Shown: positions 1-9,200 of the stretch, piece after piece
How the letters are laid out: every line of letters begins with the position of its first letter
Numbering within the stretch: the first letter of the stretch is position 1
Source of the DNA: an uncultured Actinomycetes bacterium
GTDB lineage: Bacteria > Actinomycetota > Acidimicrobiia > IMCC26256 > PALSA-555
NCBI GenBank assembly: GCA_963714105.1
Contig: OY970233.1
Span: 2,438,676-2,502,675, forward strand
Reading direction: 5' to 3'
DNA length: 64,000 bases
Notes under the pieces: model-generated
Told to the model about the DNA's origin: nothing
Databases searched by the model: none
The model's input: the letters and a program-made list of their open reading frames with translations, nothing else
Position numbers and translations under genes: made by a program

Positions 1-144
1 GCGTGCATCGCGTTGGTCACCAACGTGTACGCCCGACGGTTCAACTGACCGACCCGAGCGCGAACAGTCCCCAAACCCGGGCTCCCCTGACCCGCCCGGA
101 GGCCCCGAAGCCGCTCGGCCCCGACCTGTAGACTGGTTCAGAAG

Positions 145-2085
145 ATGACCACGCTGTGGCCGAGGATCGAGCCGCTCCTGGCCCGGGTCGAAAAGCCTGC
201 CCGTTACATCGGCATGGAGTCGGGCAGCGTGCAGCCGCACTACCAGGGCGACCAGGTCGCCTGGCTGCTCGTCTACCCCGACACCTACGAGATCGGGCTG
301 CCCAACCAGGGGCTCCAGATCCTCTACGAGATCCTGAACGAACGCGACGACGCCGTCGCCGAACGCGCCTACGCGCCCTGGGTGGACCTCGAGGCGCTCC
401 TCCGTGACCAGGGGATCCCCCTGTTCTCGCTCGAGACCCACCGCCCGGCCTCCGCCTTCGACGTCGTCGCCTTCAACCTCTCCGCCGAGCTCGTCTACAC
501 GAACCTGCTCAACTGCCTCGACCTCGCCGGCATCCCGCTCCGAGCCGAGCATCGCGGTGACGACGACCCTCTCGTCGTCGCCGGTGGCCACTGCACCTAC
601 AACCCCGAGCCGCTCGCCGACTTCGTCGACGTGTTCGCGATCGGCGACGGGGAAGAGGTCGTCGGCGAGATCACCGCCGTCCTCGCCGCTCGTCGCACCG
701 ACGGGGCCGGTCGCCGCGACGACGTCCTCCGCGAGCTCGCCGGGATCCCCGGCGTGTACGTCCCCGCCATGTACGAGGTCGAGTACGACGGCCCCGCGAT
801 GGTCTCGATCCGACCGCGGTTCCCCGACGTGCCGGCACGAATCGAGAAGCGCACCGTCGCGGACCTCGCCGACTGGCCCTACCCGAAACGTCAGCTCGTC
901 CCGCTGATCGAGGTCGTCCACGACCGCCTCAACGTCGAGGTGTTCCGCGGCTGCACCCGGGGCTGCCGGTTCTGTCAGGCCGGCATGATCACCCGTCCCG
1001 TGCGGGAACGGCCCGAAGAGCAGGTCCGCACGATGGTCCGTGACGGCCTGAAACGGACCGGCTACGACGAGGTTGCGCTCACGTCCCTGTCCAGCGCCGA
1101 CTTCTCGGGGATCGAAGGCGTGGTCGGAGACCTCGTCCAGCACCAGGACGGCACCGGCAGCGTGAGCCTCTCGCTCCCGTCGCTGCGCGTCGACGCGTTC
1201 ACCGTCGGGTTGGCCAGCCAGATCCAGACCGTCCGCCGGACCGGACTCACCTTCGCACCCGAGGCGGGCAGCTGGCGGCTCCGCCAGGTGATCAACAAGC
1301 TGATCACCGAAGACGACCTGTACGCGTCGGTCGACGCTGCCTACTCGCAGGGGTGGCGGCGGGTGAAGCTGTACTTCATGATCGGGCTCCCCACCGAGAT
1401 GGACGAGGACACGCTCGGCATCGCCGAGCTGGCCCGCAACGTCGTCGCGATCGGGCGCCGCTCCACCCGCGGCGCGTCAGCGACGATCTCGGTCGGCGGG
1501 TTCGTGCCCAAGCCGCACACCCCGTTCCAATGGTTCGGGCAGAACGACATCCCCGAGCTCTCCCGCAAGGTCGGGTTGCTCCGCGACGGGCTCCGCCGCT
1601 CCGGCGCGCAGCTCCGCTGGCACGACCCGGAAGCGACGTTCGTGGAGGGGATCGCCAGCCGCGGTGACCGGCGCATCGGGAGGGTCATCGAGCGGGTGTG
1701 GCGGGCCGGAGGCACCTTCCAGGAATGGAGCGAGCGCTTCGAGCTGGGCCGCTGGTCCCACGCCATGGCCGCCGAGGGGCTCGACCCGCACTGGTACGTG
1801 ACCCGCCACCGCCACCGCGACGAGGTGCTCCCGTGGGCGCACGTGTCCGCCGGTCTGCACGAGGACTTCCTCTGGGACGACTGGCAGGAGGCGCTCGCCG
1901 AGCACGGCCTCCCCGACTGCCGCTGGACGCCCTGCTACGACTGCGGGGTGTGCACCGATCACGCCCTCGAGCACGTCGTGGGGTCGCCCGTGCCGCCCGC
2001 GGGCGGGAGCCAAGGCACCGGCCAGGACCTGTCGCGTGGCGGCACCGTGCCGGTCCAGCTGGTCGAGGTGACCCGTGCGCGGTGA
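145..2085 (+). CDS. Radical SAM protein, TIGR03960-like
   Basis: 646-aa ORF with an N-terminal ...VEKPARYIGMESG... motif. It carries the CxxxCxxC iron-sulfur motif FRGCTRGCRFCQAG. Its usual DUF2344 partner and rne follow. Confidence 0.85.
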   Translation: MTTLWPRIEPLLARVEKPARYIGMESGSVQPHYQGDQVAWLLVYPDTYEIGLPNQGLQILYEILNERDDAVAERAYAPWVDLEALLRDQGIPLFSLETHRPASAFDVVAFNLSAELVYTNLLNCLDLAGIPLRAEHRGDDDPLVVAGGHCTYNPEPLADFVDVFAIGDGEEVVGEITAVLAARRTDGAGRRDDVLRELAGIPGVYVPAMYEVEYDGPAMVSIRPRFPDVPARIEKRTVADLADWPYPKRQLVPLIEVVHDRLNVEVFRGCTRGCRFCQAGMITRPVRERPEEQVRTMVRDGLKRTGYDEVALTSLSSADFSGIEGVVGDLVQHQDGTGSVSLSLPSLRVDAFTVGLASQIQTVRRTGLTFAPEAGSWRLRQVINKLITEDDLYASVDAAYSQGWRRVKLYFMIGLPTEMDEDTLGIAELARNVVAIGRRSTRGASATISVGGFVPKPHTPFQWFGQNDIPELSRKVGLLRDGLRRSGAQLRWHDPEATFVEGIASRGDRRIGRVIERVWRAGGTFQEWSERFELGRWSHAMAAEGLDPHWYVTRHRHRDEVLPWAHVSAGLHEDFLWDDWQEALAEHGLPDCRWTPCYDCGVCTDHALEHVVGSPVPPAGGSQGTGQDLSRGGTVPVQLVEVTRAR

Positions 2086-2098
2086 AGCCGGGTACCCG

Positions 2099-2824
2099 AT
2101 GCGGCTCCGCTTCGCGAAGCAGGGCAAGGTCCGCTTCGTGTCCCACCGCGACGTCGCCCGGGCGTTCGAGCGGTCGCTGCGGATCGCCGCCGCGCCGGTC
2201 GCGTTCACCCAGGGTTTCTCGCCGCGGCCCAAGATGAGCTTCGGCCTCGCGTTGGCCGTCGGTCACGAGAGCCGCGCCGAGTACCTCGACCTCGAGCTGC
2301 GCGAACCGGCGCCGCTCGACGAGTTCGTCGCCGCCCTCGACGCCGGGCTCCCCGAGGGCCTCTCCGTCACCGGCGCCGCCCCGCTCAGCCCCCGCGCCCC
2401 GGCGCTCCAAGAGTCGGTCAGCGCGGTCGCCTACCAGCTCCGCCCGGCCACGCTGCCCGGCGAGACCCTCGCCGCGGCTACCACCGCGCTCCGCGACGCC
2501 GCCACCGTCGCGGTGGAGACCACCCGCAAGGGCCATCCCGTCACCGTCGACGTGCGGCCCAGCCTGCGTCATCTCGAAGTCGAACCCTCGACCTCGACCC
2601 TGACCGTCGAGGTCTCGACTCGGCCGCGCGCGGCGCGAGCCGGAGAGATCCTCACGGCGCTGTACCACCTCGCCGGCGTGGAGTCCGGCGAGGGTGAAGA
2701 CCGGGTGCTTCGCACCCACCAATGGATTGAGCGCGACGGCGCGCGGCGAGAGCCGCTGGCAGCCGATCGCGCCACGCCCGTCCCAGCCGGGACGGGCCCG
2801 CGTGCGCTGGAGGCGTGCGCGTGA
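2099..2824 (+). CDS. Radical-SAM-linked protein, TIGR03936/DUF2344 family
   Basis: ORF 2075..2824. The family-typical start MRLRFAKQGKVRFVSHRDVARAFERSLR begins at ATG 2099. It is adjacent to, and nearly overlaps, the radical SAM gene. Confidence 0.75.
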   Translation: MRLRFAKQGKVRFVSHRDVARAFERSLRIAAAPVAFTQGFSPRPKMSFGLALAVGHESRAEYLDLELREPAPLDEFVAALDAGLPEGLSVTGAAPLSPRAPALQESVSAVAYQLRPATLPGETLAAATTALRDAATVAVETTRKGHPVTVDVRPSLRHLEVEPSTSTLTVEVSTRPRAARAGEILTALYHLAGVESGEGEDRVLRTHQWIERDGARREPLAADRATPVPAGTGPRALEACA

Positions 2825-2842
2825 TGAGCAAAGGATCGATGC

Positions 2843-4672
2843 ATGTCCGACGAACTGACCCCGGAGGCCACCGCCTCCGCCGACCGAGGCGACCCCGCGT
2901 CGCCTCCCAACGGCCCGGCCGACTCGGCCGCCGCTGACCCCACCGCCCCGGGCGCCGCGAACGGCGAGAACGGCGTCCGTCGTCGCCGCCGCCGCGGCTC
3001 CCGCGGTGGTCGCAACCGGCGCAAGCCCGCCGGCTCGGCCTCCCGCGGTACCGACACCACCGCCGAGTCCGCGTCGGCACCCGACGCGGGCGACGCTCCC
3101 GAGCGGACGACCGAGAGCGGCAGCAAACCCAAGATCGGTGACCGCCGTCCCGCTCCCGCCGCCGCGGCGACTCCCGCCGCGGACTCGTCGACCCCGTCCT
3201 CGTCGTCGAGCTCGTCTCGTCGCCGGCGTCGCGGCGGGCGGAGCCGAGGAACCGGCGGGTCGAGCCCCGCGCCCCCCGCGGCCGCCGAAGACGCCGTGCG
3301 TGCCGACCTCGGCGTCGGCGACGCGGTCGACCTCGACGAGCTCGACGACGAGCAACGGGCCCGGCGGCGCGGCCGCACCCGCAAGGGTCGCCCCGCCGGC
3401 CGCTACCAGCTCCTCGTGCACCGACGCGACAACGGGCACACCCACCTCGCGCTCCTCGAAGGGCGGGTCCTCGTCGAGCACTCGGTGAGCACCCCCACCG
3501 ACGCCGACACGTCGATCGACGGCAACATCTACCTCGGTCGGGTCCAGAACGTCCTGCCCGGCATGGAAGCCGCGTTCATCGACATCGGCACCCCGAAGAA
3601 CGGGGTCCTCTACCGGGGCGACGTGTCCTTCGACGCCGACGAGGTGGAGGAGAAGCAGCCCCGCATCGAGCGGCTCCTCAAAGCCGGTCAGGCGGTCGTC
3701 GTCCAGGTCACCAAGAACCCGATCGGCGCCAAAGGCGCCCGCCTCACCCAGGAGGTCAGCCTCGCCGGCCGGTTCGTCGTCATGGTGCCCGGTGAGCCCC
3801 AGACCTACGGCATCTCGAAGCGGCTGCCCGACGACGAGCGCCGCCGGCTGCGGCGCGTCCTCGAAGGGCTCCGCCCACCCGACGCGGGGCTGATCGTCCG
3901 CACCGCCGCGGAAGGCGCCACCGCCGAGGAGCTGGAGCGGGACCTCCGCCGCCTCCGCGAGCAGTGGGAGCAGATCTCCTCGCTCGCGGCGCGCTCCAAG
4001 CCGGCACGGGCCCTCTACGAGGAGCCGCCCCTCGCGCTGCGGATCATCCGCGAGGAGTTCACCAAGGAGTACCGGGGGGTCGTCATCGACGACCGGGCCC
4101 TCTACGAGGACGTGAAGGCCTACATCGAGGCGGTCACCCCCGAGCTCAGCGAACGGGTCGAGTACTACGACCCCGACGAGGAGGGCCTCCCCCTCTTCGA
4201 GCGGTACCACGTCAACGAGCAGCTCCTGAAGGCCCTCGACCGCAAGGTCTGGCTTCCCTCCGGCGGGTCGCTGATCATCGACCGCACCGAGGCGCTCACC
4301 GTCATCGACGTGAACACCGGCAAGAACGTCGGCTCCTCGAACCTCGAGGAGACCGTCTACCGCAACAACCTCGAAGCCGCCGAGGAAGTCGCCCGCCAGC
4401 TCCGCCTCCGCGACATCGGCGGGATCATCGTCATCGACTTCATCGACATGGAGATCAGAGCCAACCGCGACTCGGTGATCAACGCGTTCCGTGCCGCCCT
4501 CGCCCGCGACAAGACCCGCACCCAGGCGTTCGAGATCACCGAGCTCGGCCTGGTCGAGATGACCCGCAAGCGCATCTCCGAAGGCCTCGTCGAATCCATG
4601 AGCGAGACCTGCCCGACCTGCCAGGGCCGCGGCTACCTCGTCGAGGAGAGCCTCCTCGAGGAGCTGCACTAA
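2843..4672 (+). CDS. rne: Ribonuclease E/G family endoribonuclease
   Basis: 609 aa. A disordered Arg/Ser/Pro-rich N-terminus is followed by an S1 domain (IYLGRVQNVLPGMEAAFIDIG), the catalytic core (IDVNTGK) and a C-terminal Zn-link (CPTCQGRGY). Confidence 0.85.
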   Translation: MSDELTPEATASADRGDPASPPNGPADSAAADPTAPGAANGENGVRRRRRRGSRGGRNRRKPAGSASRGTDTTAESASAPDAGDAPERTTESGSKPKIGDRRPAPAAAATPAADSSTPSSSSSSSRRRRRGGRSRGTGGSSPAPPAAAEDAVRADLGVGDAVDLDELDDEQRARRRGRTRKGRPAGRYQLLVHRRDNGHTHLALLEGRVLVEHSVSTPTDADTSIDGNIYLGRVQNVLPGMEAAFIDIGTPKNGVLYRGDVSFDADEVEEKQPRIERLLKAGQAVVVQVTKNPIGAKGARLTQEVSLAGRFVVMVPGEPQTYGISKRLPDDERRRLRRVLEGLRPPDAGLIVRTAAEGATAEELERDLRRLREQWEQISSLAARSKPARALYEEPPLALRIIREEFTKEYRGVVIDDRALYEDVKAYIEAVTPELSERVEYYDPDEEGLPLFERYHVNEQLLKALDRKVWLPSGGSLIIDRTEALTVIDVNTGKNVGSSNLEETVYRNNLEAAEEVARQLRLRDIGGIIVIDFIDMEIRANRDSVINAFRAALARDKTRTQAFEITELGLVEMTRKRISEGLVESMSETCPTCQGRGYLVEESLLEELH

Positions 4673-4699
4673 CATGCATCGTCCCTGACGGAGGTCTCC

Positions 4700-5011
4700 A
4701 TGTACGCGGTGGTCCGCACCGGCGGCAAGCAGTACAAGGTCGAAGCCGGCCAGCGACTCGAGGTCGAACGCCTCGGCGCGGACGCGGGCAGCGAGGTCGA
4801 GCTCCCCGCGCTGCTCCTCGTCGACGGCGACCGGGTCCTCGCCACCCCCGACCAGCTCGGCGCAACCCGGGTCACCGCCCGAGTCGTCGAGGAAGGCAAG
4901 GGGACCAAGATCCACGGGTTCACCTACAAGTCCAAGTCCAACCAGCGCCGCCGCTGGGGTCACCGCCAGCGCTACTCCCTGCTCGAGATCACCGACATCG
5001 CGGCCGGCTGA
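4700..5011 (+). CDS. rplU: 50S ribosomal protein L21
   Basis: [18 protein letters not shown]..., 103 aa, located upstream of rpmA. Confidence 0.95.
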   Translation: MYAVVRTGGKQYKVEAGQRLEVERLGADAGSEVELPALLLVDGDRVLATPDQLGATRVTARVVEEGKGTKIHGFTYKSKSNQRRRWGHRQRYSLLEITDIAAG

Positions 5012-5021
5012 GGAGACACCC

Positions 5022-5273
5022 ATGTCGAAGAAGAAGGGCGCCGCGTCCTCCCGCAACGGCCGCGACTCCGCCGCGCAGCGCCTCGGCGTCAAGGTGGGGT
5101 CCGGCTCCACGGTGCGTGCCGGGGCGATCATCGTCCGCCAGCGCGGCACCCAGTTCCACCCGGGTGACAACGTCGGACGCGGCAACGACGACACCCTCTT
5201 CGCGACCAGCGACGGCGTCGTGCAGTTCGCCCGACGCAAGGGCCGCAAGCTCGTCGACGTCGTGACCACCTGA
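5022..5273 (+). CDS. rpmA: 50S ribosomal protein L27
   Basis: [25 protein letters not shown]...[13 protein letters not shown], 83 aa. Confidence 0.95.
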   Translation: MSKKKGAASSRNGRDSAAQRLGVKVGSGSTVRAGAIIVRQRGTQFHPGDNVGRGNDDTLFATSDGVVQFARRKGRKLVDVVTT

Positions 5274-5274
5274 G

Positions 5275-5292
5275 GTCGGCCGGCCCGCCGAC
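5275..5292 (+). terminator. Candidate hairpin downstream of rpmA
   Basis: GTCGGC-cggccc-GCCGAC lies immediately after the rpmA stop. There is no U-tract. Confidence 0.3.
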
Positions 5293-5346
5293 GCGGCGGC
5301 CAGAACCAGCCCCAGGTCCCCGGCGGTCCGTCCCTATCCTCGACGC

Positions 5347-6603
5347 ATGAGCCGCTCCGCGTTCGTCGACGAGGTGCAGGTCAACCTGCGCGGCGGGGAC
5401 GGCGGCGCCGGCGCGGTCTCGTTCCGTCGCGAGGCCCACGTCCCCCGCGGTGGACCCGACGGCGGTGACGGTGGCCGCGGCGGCGACGTCCTCCTCCAAG
5501 CCGACCGCAACGTGGCGTCCCTCCTCGCGTTCCGAGACCATCCCCACCGGCGAGCCGGCTCCGGCCGCCACGGTTCCGGTTCCCGCCGCCACGGTGCGCA
5601 CGGTGCCACCCTCGTCGTCGCCGTGCCCGAAGGGACCGTCGTCCGAACCCGAGACGGAGCCGTCCTCGCCGACCTCGTCGCCCACGGCGACACCTACCTC
5701 GCCGCGCACGGCGGCCGCGGCGGCCGCGGCAACGCCCGGTTCCTCTCCAACGCGCGCCGGGCCCCCGGCTTCGCCGAGCAAGGCGAGTACGGGCAGGAGC
5801 GGTGGCTGCGCCTCGAGGTCCAGCTCGTCGCCGACGCCGCCCTCGTCGGGTTCCCCAACGCGGGCAAGTCCACCCTCATCTCGTCGATCAGCGCCGCGCG
5901 ACCCAAGATCGCCGACTACCCGTTCACCACCCTCGAACCCCACCTCGGGGTCGTCCGCCGCGGCGGCCACGAGTTCGTCGTCGCCGACATCCCCGGCCTC
6001 GTCGCCGGCGCCGCCGAAGGCCGCGGGCTCGGGCACCGCTTCTTGCGCCACGTCGAACGCACCCGGGTGCTCGTGCTCCTCCTCGACCTGGCCAGCGTCG
6101 AAGGGCGAACCCCCGAAGACCAGAAGCGGGACCTCCTCGACGAGCTCGGCCGGTACCAGCCCGAGCTGCTCGAACGGCCCCGCCTCGTCGTCGGCACCAA
6201 AGCCGACGTCGCCATTGCCGACTTCGCAGGCCTCACGATCTCCGCGGTGACCCGCGCCGGCCTCGACCAGTTCGTCGGCACGCTCGGCACCCTCGTCGAC
6301 GAAGCCCGCGCCGCGACCCCGCCGCGCGAACCGGTCGTCGTGCTGCACCCCCGCGAGGAGGGCATCGTCGTCGAACGCGACGGCGACGGCGCCTGGCGGG
6401 TCGCCGGGCGAGCCGCGGAACGCGTCGTCGCGGTCACCGACCTCACCGACACCGACGCGCTCGCGTACGTACGGGACCGGTTCCGGCGTCTCGGCGTCGA
6501 CCGGGCCCTGACCCGCGCCGGCGCACGCGACGGGGACATCGTGCGCATCGCCGGGATCGAGCTCGAGTACGCGGCCGACCCCGCCTCCGGGGAGGCCCGA
6601 TGA
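5347..6603 (+). CDS. obg: GTPase Obg/CgtA
   Basis: Glycine-rich Obg fold (GGDGGAGAVSFRREAHVPRGGPDGGDGGRGGDV) and a P-loop GFPNAGKST. Confidence 0.95.
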   Translation: MSRSAFVDEVQVNLRGGDGGAGAVSFRREAHVPRGGPDGGDGGRGGDVLLQADRNVASLLAFRDHPHRRAGSGRHGSGSRRHGAHGATLVVAVPEGTVVRTRDGAVLADLVAHGDTYLAAHGGRGGRGNARFLSNARRAPGFAEQGEYGQERWLRLEVQLVADAALVGFPNAGKSTLISSISAARPKIADYPFTTLEPHLGVVRRGGHEFVVADIPGLVAGAAEGRGLGHRFLRHVERTRVLVLLLDLASVEGRTPEDQKRDLLDELGRYQPELLERPRLVVGTKADVAIADFAGLTISAVTRAGLDQFVGTLGTLVDEARAATPPREPVVVLHPREEGIVVERDGDGAWRVAGRAAERVVAVTDLTDTDALAYVRDRFRRLGVDRALTRAGARDGDIVRIAGIELEYAADPASGEAR

Positions 6604-7685
6604 GAGCGGTGATCAAGGTCGGCACGTCGTCGATCACCCGCGAGGACGGCGAGCTCGACGCCGCCGCGCTCGGCCGCCTCGCCGACGAGGTCGCCGCCGC
6701 GCGCGCCGCCGGCCACGTCGTCGTGCTCGTCTCGTCCGGCGCGATCGCCGCGGGGCTCCCCGCGTTGGGGATGGCCCGCCGCCCGAACGACGTCGGCACC
6801 CTCCAAGCCGTCGCCGCGGTCGGTCAGCCCCGCCTCATGGAGCGCCTCTCCGGCCTGCTCGCGGCACGGGACCTCATCGCCGGACAGGTGCTCCTCACCC
6901 CCCACGACTTCGGGCAGCGGGCCCAGTACCTCCACGCCCGCCAGACCCTCCAGTGCCTCCTCGACCTCGACGTCGTCCCCGTCGTCAACGAGAACGACAC
7001 CGTCGCCGACGACGAGATCCGCTACGGCGACAACGACCGGCTCGCCGCGCTCGTCTCGCACCTCGTCCACGCCGACGTGCTCGTCCTCCTCACCGACACC
7101 CACGGGCTCTTCACCGCCGATCCCCGCCTCGACGAGCGGGCCTCGCTGATCGAAGAGATCGTCGAGGTCGACACCGCCCTCGAAGCCGTCGCCGGCGGTG
7201 CCGGCAGCGAGCGGGGCAGCGGCGGGATGGCCAGCAAGCTCGCGGCGGCGAAGATCGCCGCGTGGTCCGGGGTCCGGGTCGTCATCGCCGCCGCCGACAC
7301 CCCGGGCGTCGTCCGCGCCGCGCTCGAGGAACGCCCCGTCGGGACCCTCGTGCGGCCCCGCCCGACCCGCCTGTCGAGCCGGAAGCTGTGGATCGCGTTC
7401 GCGCTCGGCGCCACCGGCCGTGTCGTTGTCGACGCCGGCGCCCGGCGGGCCCTCGCCGCCGAGCACCGCTCCCTGCTCCCGGCCGGGGTGCGAGCCGTCG
7501 ACGGCGACTTCGCCGCCGACGACGCGGTCGAGGTCGTCGCCGACGACGGCGTCCCCTTCGCGAAAGGGCTGGTCCGCTACGACGCGGCCTCCCTCGCCCG
7601 CGTCGCCGGCCGCCGCACGGGGGACCTCCCCGAGGGCGCCCCCCACGAGGTCATCCACCGCGACGACCTCGTCGTCCTCGCCTGA
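6600..7685 (+). CDS. proB: Glutamate 5-kinase
   Basis: MRAVIKVGTSSITREDG... with a C-terminal PUA domain. ATG 6600 overlaps the obg stop (ATGA). The upstream part of ORF 5802..7685 is out-of-frame overlap with obg. Confidence 0.9.
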   Translation: MRAVIKVGTSSITREDGELDAAALGRLADEVAAARAAGHVVVLVSSGAIAAGLPALGMARRPNDVGTLQAVAAVGQPRLMERLSGLLAARDLIAGQVLLTPHDFGQRAQYLHARQTLQCLLDLDVVPVVNENDTVADDEIRYGDNDRLAALVSHLVHADVLVLLTDTHGLFTADPRLDERASLIEEIVEVDTALEAVAGGAGSERGSGGMASKLAAAKIAAWSGVRVVIAAADTPGVVRAALEERPVGTLVRPRPTRLSSRKLWIAFALGATGRVVVDAGARRALAAEHRSLLPAGVRAVDGDFAADDAVEVVADDGVPFAKGLVRYDAASLARVAGRRTGDLPEGAPHEVIHRDDLVVLA

Positions 7686-7937
7686 GCCGGCCCCGCCGAC
7701 CCGAGAAATCTTCGCCCCTGCTCTTGCGCGGCGGCGTGACGTCGGACACACTTCCCCCACTCGACGTCGGCCGACGGGGGGAGAGCCACCGCAAGGGGGC
7801 TCACACGGCCGACTCGTGGCGGGAGTGAGACGCGAGGCTGGCGCCGGCGGGAGCACCGCCACGGCGCAGCCTCGCGGCTCTCCCGCACCCGCCTCCCCGC
7901 ACCCGAAAGGGCCTCAAAGGCCCGCGAAGGGCGCCAG

Positions 7938-7943
7938 TACACT
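7938..7943 (+). promoter_or_regulatory. Candidate -10 box (TACACT) for leaderless proA
   Basis: TACACT lies 6 nt upstream of the GTG start at 7950, with no room for a Shine-Dalgarno sequence. Confidence 0.35.
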
Positions 7944-7949
7944 GCCCGC

Positions 7950-9200
7950 GTGCCCACCGACGTCGCCGAGCTCGCTCGTCGGGTCAAGGCCGCGTCCCGG
8001 CGGGTCCAGGCCGCGCCGCCCGCCGCCCGCGACGCGGCCCTGACCGCCGCCGCGGACCTGCTCCTCGAACGGGCCCCCGACCTCCTCGACGCCAACGCTG
8101 CCGACGTCGCCGCCGCCACCGCCGCGGGGCTCGACGCCACCCCCCTCGACCGGCTCCGCCTCACCGACGACCGCGTCGCCGGCATGGCCGACGGGCTCCG
8201 CCAGGTCGCCGCCCTCCCCGACCCGCTCGGTGAGGTCCTCGACGGCTGGCGGCGCCCCAACGGGCTCGAGCTGCGACGCGTCCGCGTCCCGCTCGGGGTC
8301 GTCGCCGTCATCTACGAGAACCGCCCCAACGTCACCAGCGACGCCGCCGGGATCTGCCTCAAAGCCGGCAACGCGGTGATCCTGCGCGGCTCGTCGAGCG
8401 CGCAACGCTCGAACCGGGCCATCGTCGACGTCCTGCGAGACGGGGTCACCAAGGCCGGCCTCCCCCCCGACGCGGTCGCGCTCATCGACGACCCCTCCCA
8501 CGACGCCGCCGTCGCGCTCATGCAGCGCACCGACAGCATCGACTGTCTCATCCCACGCGGGGGCCACGACCTCATCGCCACGGTCCGGGAGCACGCCACC
8601 GTCCCCGTCATCATCGACGGCGACGGGAACTGCCACGTCTACGTCGACGCCGCCGCCGACCTCGACCAGGCGCTCGCCATCGTCGTGAACGCCAAGACCT
8701 CCCGCCCGGGGGTCTGCAACGCCGCCGAGACCCTGCTCGTGCACCAGGCCGTCGCCGAGCCGTTCGTCGCCCGAGCCGCCGACGTGCTCGAAGCCCACGG
8801 CGTCGAGCTCCTCGGCGACGCCACCGCCCGCCGCTACCGCCCCTCGATGCACCCCGCGACCGACGCGGACTTCGCCCGCGAGTTCCTCGACCTGCGCATG
8901 ACCGTCTCGGTCGTCGACTCCCTCGACGCGGCCATCGACCACGTGAACCGGTTCGGCACCGGGCACACCGAAGCCATCGTCACCCGCGACCTCGACGCGG
9001 CGCGGCGCTTCACCCATGAGGTCGACACCGCGGTGGTCATCGTCAACGCGTCGACCCGCTTCACCGACGGTGAACGGTTCGGGTTCGGCGCCGAGATCGG
9101 AATCTCGACCCAGAAGCTCCACGCACGTGGCCCCCTCGGCCTCCGCGAGCTGACCACGTACCGCTACGAGGTCTGGGGTGACGGGCAGGTCGTCGAGTAG
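7950..9200 (+). CDS. proA: Gamma-glutamyl phosphate reductase
   Basis: 416-aa aldehyde-dehydrogenase-type protein with typical proA motifs ([26 protein letters not shown]). Confidence 0.9.
   Translation: MPTDVAELARRVKAASRRVQAAPPAARDAALTAAADLLLERAPDLLDANAADVAAATAAGLDATPLDRLRLTDDRVAGMADGLRQVAALPDPLGEVLDGWRRPNGLELRRVRVPLGVVAVIYENRPNVTSDAAGICLKAGNAVILRGSSSAQRSNRAIVDVLRDGVTKAGLPPDAVALIDDPSHDAAVALMQRTDSIDCLIPRGGHDLIATVREHATVPVIIDGDGNCHVYVDAAADLDQALAIVVNAKTSRPGVCNAAETLLVHQAVAEPFVARAADVLEAHGVELLGDATARRYRPSMHPATDADFAREFLDLRMTVSVVDSLDAAIDHVNRFGTGHTEAIVTRDLDAARRFTHEVDTAVVIVNASTRFTDGERFGFGAEIGISTQKLHARGPLGLRELTTYRYEVWGDGQVVE

Noticed and set aside
1685-5269. 1194-aa minus-strand ORF, with similar giants at 24160-26325, 26039-28297, 47931-50549, 5916-7862 and 22982-24112
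   Set aside because: They run antisense to well-supported genes (radical SAM/rne/rplU, leuS, recO/glyQS and others). Their composition is Arg/Gly/Pro/Ala-dominated low complexity, typical of stop-poor antisense frames in ~70% GC DNA, and they contain no recognisable motifs.
5802-7685. Long N-terminal extensions of plus-strand ORFs (5802-7685, 14183-16597, 33206-35374, 37666-40509, 22166-23791, 53064-54191)
   Set aside because: Only the 3' portions match real proteins (proB, ABC-2 permease, dnaJ, era, methyltransferase, thioesterase). The upstream parts overlap other genes out of frame and are Arg/Pro-rich nonsense. Internal starts that overlap the preceding stop codons fit much better.
7751-7783. 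6C-type sRNA (C-rich loops) in the proB-proA spacer
   Set aside because: The C run (CTTCCCCC) can pair with the nearby G run (GGGGGGAG) instead of sitting in hairpin loops, so the defining 6C architecture is not present.
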